NCBI GenBank assembly: GCA_013265495.1
Contig: MU058636.1
Location: 9,812,176 to 9,876,175 of the forward strand
Length of the DNA: 64,000 bases
Direction of reading: 5' to 3'
Source of the DNA: Vicugna vicugna
Taxonomy: Eukaryota
Under the pieces are notes generated by a model. It was not told the DNA's origin and made no database searches. It worked only from the letters and a program-made list of their open reading frames with translations. A program made the position numbers and the translations under genes. This document shows positions 1 to 6,897 of this stretch, in pieces (position 1 is the first letter of the stretch; each line of letters begins with the position of its first letter).

Positions 1-71
1 AGAGCTACAGTTTGACTCTAGCCCACACTGGCGTTTTGTACCAGGATGCACGGAGTTAAACTGTGGTTTCT
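1..71 (+). ncRNA. Long RNA hairpin (pre-miRNA-like or a domain of a larger structured RNA; may extend 5' of the window)
   Basis: Positions 2-19 pair contiguously with 69-52 (18 bp: 13 Watson-Crick, 5 G.U). The loop has a further CTGG(28-31)/CCAG(41-44) stem. The non-WC pairs are G.U only on the + strand. Confidence 0.4.
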
Positions 72-73
72 GA

Positions 74-262
74 AGCAGTGATGAGATGACCACAAGATAG
101 TGTGTGTGTGTGTATGTGTGTGTGTGTGTGTTACTCTCTGACCTACTGCTCTCTGTAGACTTGTGTTTAGCACTGAATGTCTTGCTGATAATCAGGGAAA
201 GGCAGCTGCATGAAAACTAGAGATCATTCTAGGATCTGGCCACGATTTCTGAGTTAGTCTGA
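74..262 (+). ncRNA. Candidate box C/D RNA with GU-repeat wobble stem (scaRNA-like architecture)
   Basis: Perfect C box GTGATGA 78-84. (GT)n 100-131 is closed by AGATA/TACTCT pairing, with an alternative outer CACAAG(91-96)/CTTGTG(160-165) stem. CTGA boxes at 138, 173, 185, 249, 259; AGC(74-76)/GTT(253-255) terminal stem if D=249-252. Not matched to a named RNA. Confidence 0.25.
100..131. repeat. (TG)n microsatellite
   Basis: About 16 TG units with one TA interruption. Confidence 0.95.
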
Positions 263-392
263 CCATGAGCCAAGCACTTTATGTGTATGTCTTACCTAGA
301 GCTACAGGATGTATTCAGAGAGATCCTGGGACTTCCTGCTAGTTGTCACATCCATAAGAAGACAAAGCAGCTTTTATGATCATTTTCATTAG

Positions 393-434
393 ACATGGTG
401 TAGTTTACCAAGAGCTTTTTATCAAATTCTCTAG
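393..434 (+). other. Candidate 42-nt micro-exon
   Basis: Acceptor cattttcattAG (391-392); donor TAG|GTAGGA (GT 435-436). Confidence 0.3.
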
Positions 435-457
435 GTAGGAACCATTACATGTGATTT

Positions 458-530
458 TAATTTTGATGATATGGTCTGCTGAGTTGGAAATGGACTTAGC
501 CTTGCTTGAAGGAGAAGTTTCACTGAATTA
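458..530 (+). ncRNA. Weak candidate box C/D snoRNA (73 nt)
   Basis: TTGATGA 463-469 (non-consensus first base), CTGA 479-482 (D'), CTGA 523-526 (D), TAAT/ATTA terminal stem in kink-turn register. Confidence 0.15.
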
Positions 531-576
531 TTCAAAATGTGAGCTTGCTCCTGACCCCTTCTTTTGCCTTGGCAAG

Positions 577-582
577 GTCAAG
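577..582 (+). other. Candidate 6-nt micro-exon or recursive (AG|GT) splice site
   Basis: Branch-like CTGAC 551-555, pyrimidine tract 556-570, AG at 575-576 and 581-582, donor AAG|GTAACG (GT 583-584). Confidence 0.25.
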
Positions 583-640
583 GTAACGGATTCCTATTAC
601 GTGTGTCCAGTAGAGGTTCTCATGGAGGCTGCGGCAAGTC

Positions 641-758
641 TGTGCAGGGTTCCTTAGCATCAACGGCCGTTATTGATTCCTGCATCAGCCCTGCATAAAA
701 TACCCGCTTCGCAAAGTGTGATGGAATAACCTACCTAGGTTCTTCTCGCCCTACAATT
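641..758 (+). ncRNA. Candidate box H/ACA RNA
   Basis: 11-bp basal stem TGTGCAGGGTT(641-651)/AGCCCTGCATA(687-697) with ATCAA/TTGAT upper stem. ANANNA H box (ATAAAA 695-700 or AAAATA 697-702). Second hairpin 715-752 (AGTGTGA/TCGCCCT, AACCT/AGGTT). ACA at 753-755. Confidence 0.25.
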
Positions 759-783
759 TGGATTTTTAAAACTATCATTGCAG

Positions 784-808
784 GAGCCTGTGGGTACAAG
801 CCCTTCAG
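784..808 (+). other. Candidate 25-nt micro-exon
   Basis: Acceptor atcattgCAG (782-783); strong donor CAG|GTATGT (GT 809-810). Confidence 0.35.
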
Positions 809-1603
809 GTATGTGGTTCATTTGGATCTATTTCAAGCTTTCAATGATCCTTCTATTTTGTGTCTGTAGGGTATATTTTTATTCCTAATTAATTAAGTGT
901 TACCTCATCCCAATACGGGGCAAGGCTTCACTGCCGCTATCTAAGGGCCTTGGGAGTCATCTGTTTTGTCTCTTTTGGTAGCACACATACAGTCTTTGTT
1001 TCTTTCTTCAAATTGGGAAATCATGTGGTATCAGTCCATTACACTAGAATTGTTTCAGGGGTCTGGTTTATGAATGTATAATAAGGCCAGGCTATAGGCC
1101 CCCGGGCAAATACGACCTCTTTGCAGAATGAGGACATCTGTCACGTCAGAAGTGGAGACCCAGGGATGTTGAAAAGGTTTCCTGGTCACCTGAGTAATCT
1201 TACAAAACAACACTTTAATGATTTAAGTGTAAATAGATTGGACACATATGGATTCAATTTCCCTTCAATACACATGACTTGCTAAAATCCAGGGGAAAGA
1301 GCTTAGGGCAAAATGTGTTTTTGGTTTCTAAAAACCCAAACATTGGGAAATAACAGCTGGGACATTTGTCTAGTCCCAAATACCACGGGTCAGCTTATTC
1401 GTCAATTTACAACTTGTTCCAGGGAAGCAGAACGTGTCTCATCTATTCTTGTCTTAAGTGATAAAGTGCTCTTAAAATAAGGAGGCCTCTTCCAAAAAAA
1501 GTCTTTGAAGAAAAACTTATCAAACTGCCCAAATGTAGGGTATCACCTGTTCTGTCCAGTGCAACTCTGCTGTCTCTCCTCTGACTTTTGGTTCCATCTT
1601 TAG

Positions 1604-1633
1604 GGCTTTCCATTTGCTTGCTTTGTATTTTTG
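1604..1633 (+). other. Candidate 30-nt micro-exon
   Basis: Branch CTGAC 1581-1585, pyrimidine-rich tract, TAG 1601-1603; donor TTG|GTGAGT (GT 1634-1635). Confidence 0.4.
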
Positions 1634-1819
1634 GTGAGTATTTGCAGCTCCTTGGGAGAAACTCTTTCCTTCACAGCAGTAATGAACGGTTTCCAAATAT
1701 ATATAGCTTTACAAAGACTCAACAAGCTCGAAAATAAAAAGCACTTTGAGGCACAATATAAAATTGTTGGAACTCCTCGAAGTCCACTGGGCCTGTAAGC
1801 TCAGCCCATTTTCCTACAG

Positions 1820-1846
1820 CACCTCCCGAGTTCTTGTTCAAAGAGG
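1820..1846 (+). other. Candidate 27-nt micro-exon
   Basis: Acceptor cccattttcctaCAG (1818-1819); donor AGG|GTAAGT (GT 1847-1848). Confidence 0.45.
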
Positions 1847-1899
1847 GTAAGTTCACCGCATCTCTTTGTCAAGGTGATGTGTAAGAAGGGACAGTGATG

Positions 1900-2032
1900 G
1901 TGTAGCCAGTGACGACAGCAGGTGTTTAAGACTTGGCTGCTACACAGACAGGGGATCCCATTACCTCCAGCACAGTGTGTACGTGTGTGTGACTGTCTGT
2001 TTGGTGGTGGTGGTAACTTGCCCCTAATACCT
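1900..2032 (+). ncRNA. Candidate H/ACA-like two-hairpin RNA (133 nt)
   Basis: Hairpin 1: GTGTAGC(1900-1906)/GCTACAC(1939-1945). A-rich hinge with only an imperfect H box (AGACAG). Hairpin 2: AGGGG/CCCCT, TTACC/GGTAA, CCA/TGG, ACAGT/ACTGT with a GU-rich loop. ATA (ACA variant) at 2027-2029. Confidence 0.22.
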
Positions 2033-2454
2033 TAGTGACCAAACAAGAGCTCTGAGTGGGAAAAATGTGTTTAATCAGTAAACCGAGTCAAACTGTTCAT
2101 GATAGACCCTGTCTTCAGCCTGTTGTGACCATTTATTTGGCATTGTGCATTTTTATCTTGAATGCTAGAAATATTTACATCTACTTATGTGAGTTTTTTT
2201 TAACAAATACAAAGGGGTTCCAGTGTTGCAATTTTGGATACAAACTAAAGATAAACAGGGTGGCTTTATAATAATGGAAATTCGACAAAATGGATATGTA
2301 TGCATTGATGGGTTGATGGAGGCAGCATTGCCACAGACAAATCAAGTCAGCTGATAATCAAAACCATCTATTAGTCAATATTATCACACCCTCCCTTACT
2401 GAATCATTTTATCAGAAGGGCTCACCTAAGTCATAAGGATGGTGACAATTTTGA

Positions 2455-2650
2455 ACATCTACCAAGTGCCATGTGTTTCATCTCAAGTATTTCTCATCAT
2501 TACCAAAACTCTTCCACTTAGATGTTCTTAACCCCATTGTCTGGATGAGAAAACTGAGAATCAGAGTCTATTAATGACTTGACAAAGGCCACACGCTTGT
2601 AAGTGACGGAGATACTATTTAAGTCCAGATCTGGGTGGTCACAAAGCCAT
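2455..2650 (-). mobile_element. MIR SINE fragment
   Basis: gatgagaaaactgagaatcagag...tgacttgacaaaggccacac...gtaagtgacggag resembles the antisense MIR core. Confidence 0.75.
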
Positions 2651-2814
2651 TCTGTTCCCTTTCCAAGGCCCCCGTCAGCCGTTTGGTTGTAAGATGGTCA
2701 GGAGGGGCAGCCAGACTGTGATAGTGGTAGTGACAGCAAAGTATCAGCTCACAGTTACACAGATATTATGATCTGAGGAGCAACGTGTTAAGTTCCTTGT
2801 GAACCAATCTTCAT

Positions 2815-2935
2815 AAAAAGCACATTTACTGAGCGCCTATTAGGTGGCAGATTATGTTCTAACCTGTAATCGATCTACTGCTTAACGTAATCAAAGCTAC
2901 TCCTACTCTCATGGTGTCAGGAATGCCATCCTGGT
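2815..2935 (-). mobile_element. L2 3'-end fragment
   Basis: catttactgagcgcctatta...ggcag resembles the antisense L2 terminus. Confidence 0.5.
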
Positions 2936-2954
2936 GGGTTAGATAACGAAACTA

Positions 2955-3040
2955 ACTGAGTTAACTTTCCCAAGGTCACCCAGCTGGTAAGCGGCTGGGC
3001 CTGGATTCAATGGCATGGAGTGTGTGTGGTCTAGAGCCGC
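2955..3040 (-). mobile_element. MIR fragment
   Basis: ttcccaaggtcacccagctggtaagcggc...ggattcaa. Confidence 0.6.
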
Positions 3041-3834
3041 AGACCTATCGTCTGTGATACGCTGTCTTTCCCAGTCCAGCTGCTGGAAGAGGAAGAAGCC
3101 AGAGCCTACAGATTTGGTGAAGCTGAAGTTTCAGGAAGCGGCAACATTGGCAAAGACTGGAGCCTTCCTCTGAATTGAGTGACACAAAAAGATTTGCGGT
3201 GGCAAGGTCGGAGAGTGAGCAGACTTGCACTGGGCAATTTAGATGCTCTTAGAGAACAGAGGACAAATCTCTGATCTGAGGCAAGATTAGAACAGAAGGG
3301 CTTGCAAACCATGGAAAAGAAATAAAACATCCTCACAGGACGAACCGAAAAGGAATCCTGGAGAAATGAACGGAGCTGCAGCGAACCCAGCTTCCGCGAC
3401 GCCAGATGAACTGTGGGGCGGGGGAACCATCATTCTTGCAGAGTCAGTCCGGGAGCTGCTTTGCCAGTCTCCCAGGAGACTCTGGGCTGTGCCCCGTGCC
3501 CCCACCTCCCCTCATCGCCAACACGAGGCTCTGAAGCAGCTTCCAGGGCAGGACGGGTAGAGCCTGTGACCCCGGGTGAGGGTGAGGCTGCCTGGCCCAC
3601 CGCAGGGAGGAACGTGTGGGTTTGCCCCCCATCTTCCTGCTGGGCCCGCCTGAGGTGGTCATCTGCCGAAGAAAATGAGACACACTCACATGTTCTCTAC
3701 ACCCAGGGACTAGAGACAGCCCTTCTGATGATGAAAAAGCCCCCAGGATTTACTATTTCAATGTCGCTACTTTTCCCAACCTCTTTTTCTTTTTTTTTAA
3801 TTAGTATAAACATAACTTTTGTTTATTCTATGAT

Positions 3835-3910
3835 TCATTTCTATGGAAGTCGAGTTGATTTACAATATTACATTAGTTTCAGACCTACAACGTAGTGATT
3901 CGACAATTTC
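3835..3910 (-). mobile_element. LINE-1 extreme 3'-UTR fragment
   Basis: gagttgatttacaatattacattagtttcag...acaacgtagtgattc is typical of an antisense laurasiatherian L1 tail. Confidence 0.6.
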
Positions 3911-4099
3911 TAATAGAAATCTCCGCCTGTAGAGTAGCTGGGAGCTCTAATTTTTTGGAATGGTTCTAATTAAATATCAGATTGAATCTGTGCCCCCATC
4001 CTAGAAGAAGTAAGCAGATAGTCCACTTAATTTACCTTAGCTTGCCGCATATACTCAACGCATCCATTCTAACGTTAGGGGTATAGGACGTTAGCCTGG

Positions 4100-4137
4100 G
4101 TGTGTGTGTGTGTGCGCGTGTGTGCACGCGCGTGCAC
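4100..4137. repeat. Alternating purine-pyrimidine (TG/CG/CA) tract
   Basis: gtgtgtgtgtgtgtgcgcgtgtgtgcacgcgcgtgcac. Confidence 0.9.
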
Positions 4138-4884
4138 AAATAATTCCAAGTTTTATTTGCTCCCTTGCTCTTGGCAGCTGTAAATTACGCGGGGAAGGTT
4201 CTATAATCTAATCTGCGCTGCTGCCTGTTCCAGGCAGGGAGACTCCCACTACAAGGCACAGGCAGCCTGGCCTGACTGCTTCAACAACAGGAAATTTATC
4301 AAATGTGCAACTGGAAATTTAGGAAGGCGGGCTTCGGAGTCACTTTCCTCCAGTGGCTGCAACTCCCTTTCCCACCGCTCCCCAGCCTGTTCCTTTATCT
4401 GTGCCCAGCGGCCCCTGAGGCAACAGAAAGAGCTGCAGGAGCTTCTGGCTTCACATCCACACACCAGTGTCCCGAGGGAGAGAAAGCAGCCGCCTCTTCT
4501 GGTGTCTCAGTCTTAGAAGCGAGGCAACGTCTTGCCCAGGAGCTCCCATCACACTTCTTCTTGTATCTAACTGACCCGCCTTCCTTTGGTTCGGGGAACT
4601 CCAGGCACCGATCAGCTTGGTCCTGCCAGCTCCCATCAGCCAGTGGCAAGGGGGCTGGGGCTGTCCTGAGACCAGCCGGGTCTGCTCCTGGTCTGGGGTT
4701 AGGCAGCTTCCTTGAAGCCCACAAGTGCTGAGAAGAGAGGGGGAACCAGCCCAAACCGGGGTTCCCTTAGGAGAAGGAGGTGAAAGGGATTTGGGGCAGG
4801 TTATTCCTGAAGGGCATAGTGGGGAATGGGGTAGGGAAAATTAGCAGCCTCCTGGACAGCTGACCTCTGCCAGTGGTCCAAAGA

Positions 4885-4972
4885 AATGAATCACGTGAGG
4901 CAATGAATCAAACGGTGGCTCCTAATTCTAATTCCCGGGGCAGCGATGTGGGCATTCCTTAGACTCTCAAAG
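4885..4972 (+). repeat. Copy 1 of an 88-bp local direct duplication
   Basis: Gapless hand alignment to 6810-6897, 74/88 identical. Confidence 0.9.
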
Positions 4973-5439
4973 CAGCAGAGCTGACGGCTTCAACAGCTAG
5001 CTCCAGACTGCGGTCCCTCTGATGGGGTCTCCGTGGAGCACAGCTGCCTGGCTCTAAGGAGCCCGTCCATGGGACCAGGTCCTGCTCCAGGCAATGGCTG
5101 AAAAGAGTTGGTTGGAGATATGACGCTTGCAGTGCTTCTGTGATGGTCCCTGAATGGGATCTTTTCAAAAAGTTCTGGAAGAGCTGTGTTGCCATGGTCC
5201 TGCGCATTCTGACAGCGGTCACTAGAGGGCTCACGGGGACACCTTTAGGAGCTGCCCTCTAGAGGTGGAGCCCAGAAAGCTGATGCTAAGCTGTCCTGCA
5301 GCTCAGGGGAGTTGTTGGAAGGGCAGGCGGTCGCAGGAGACCTTGGAGGAGCAGCCCCAGAGATGAAAAAGCTGGTCGAGATCTTAAAGACAACGTGTTA
5401 TCACCCACGAGACCAACACGTGGAGCAGGTGTGTCTGCA

Positions 5440-5922
5440 GGGTCCAACATGGAGCAATGAGCCACGTGTGCTTCCTGAGCACTTGAAATGTGGCTCATTC
5501 AACTGGAGATGTGCTCAACGTGCAACACACACACCAGATCCTGAAGGCTCAGTATGAAAGGAAAAACAATGTAAAATGTCACAATTTTATATGTTGATTA
5601 TATGTCAAAATTACAATATTTGAAAATATGTGGCTAAATAAAATAAATTATTAAAATTAATATCACTTGTTTCATTTTCATTATTTAAAAGTAATTTATT
5701 TATTTTATTATTTTTAAATGATGTGAATGGACTTAGGGTCTTCTGTAAATAGCCATTTCCCCTTATAATTCTTAATGTATGTGTGTTTTTTAAATTGGAA
5801 TAGAGTTGACATACAACATTATATGAGTTTGAGGTGTACAGCATAGTGATTTGACATTTATAAAAGAAACTGAAAATTGCCAATGTTTGTGGCTCACCTT
5901 ATATTTCTATTGAGTGAGGCTG
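5440..5922 (-). mobile_element. MER33-like hAT-Charlie DNA transposon, interrupted
   Basis: gagcacttgaaatgtggct...agatgtgct, aaaattaatatcacttgtttc and tgtggctcaccttatatttctattg resemble antisense MER33. Confidence 0.75.
5786..5860 (-). mobile_element. LINE-1 3'-end fragment inside MER33
   Basis: ttttttaaattggaatagagttgacatacaacattatatgagtttgaggtgtacagcatagtgatttgac. Confidence 0.65.
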
Positions 5923-6809
5923 TGCTGAGCCATTTGCTAAGGAGAGACAATGAGGAGGTGGGGGTGGGGGTGGGGGGGACACATTGGGAAATCCTTGGGG
6001 GAAACTTGAGCCAGTTGACAGATACCCTCCCTACATGTGTCCAGCCTGGGGTAAGAGTTTGGCAATGATGATGGTGATGACAATGGTGACTTCCCCTTAA
6101 TGATGTGGTCCAGCTTCTATCAGGTGCCACCTTCATCCATTGGGTACCTCTGAGAAGCATCCCCATCACCTGGGTATTCATGCAGCTATGACACAGTTTC
6201 TGATTTCACATCTCCACAGCTCACTGTCCTCAGATATAAAGCCTTCATGCTTGATGAACCTGCCCCAAGTTGCACCAATAAAAAAATTCCCAGTGTCAGA
6301 TTAAACCCAACACCCAGCATATTAAATGCATCCCATGGTTGCCCCAGAGTTTCTGTGTGAATCAGTACAGATGACTAATGTCAAACCTGGATACAAAAAA
6401 AAAAAACAAAACCCCAAAACCACACCTTACACAAGCATTTATCATTTTTTTTTTTTGCAGTGTTTGACCATTTGGCATTTAGAGGTGGGAAAATGAGCTT
6501 TCATGAAACACTGTGGCTTATGTGATCTGCCTCATCAGAGGCAGACACATCTGACCTTTCTGTTAACATCACCTACCACTGCTCAGCACGTGTCAGGCAG
6601 ATAAGCACGTCGTGCGTCACCTTTTTTTTCAGAGGACACAATGGAAACTTCCAGTGTCTTCCTCTTTCGGAAAGCAGGAGATCATTACTTTTCAATACTC
6701 TTTATGTAACTTGTGGAAGACGATGAATAATGTAAGCAGTTTCAGCAGAGGCTTCCCCAAAGTTTGGCCAATATTAAGGCGAAGAATCAAAGCAGAAAGA
6801 ACTGGAAGG

Positions 6810-6897
6810 AATCCATCATGTGAAGCAATGACTAAAACGGTGACTCTAAATTCTACTTTCTGAGGCAGCGATGTGGGCATTCCTGAGACTCTCAAAG
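6810..6897 (+). repeat. Copy 2 of the 88-bp local direct duplication
   Basis: Shares GGCAGCGATGTGGGCATTCCT(T/G)AGACTCTCAAAG (33/34) with 4939-4972; offset 1925 bp. Confidence 0.9.

Noticed and set aside
237..246. TGGCCACGAT as a methylation guide for U4 snRNA (9/10 to AUCGUAGCCA) or the tRNA-His anticodon loop
   Set aside because: The duplexes are short, include a mismatch or wobbles, rely on remembered target sequences and point to no modification I know of.
1..2300. Identity with GAS5, SCARNA2/7/9/17/28 or other named snoRNAs
   Set aside because: The architecture is similar, but the sequence does not match those RNAs as I recall them, so no gene symbol is assigned.
3340..3670. CpG island
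   Set aside because: It is GC-rich with some CpGs but looks too short and sparse, and I did not compute the ratio.
4885..6897. CRISPR-like or other prokaryotic repeat system
   Set aside because: There are only two copies about 1.9 kb apart, no spacer array or cas-like ORFs, and the context is mammalian.
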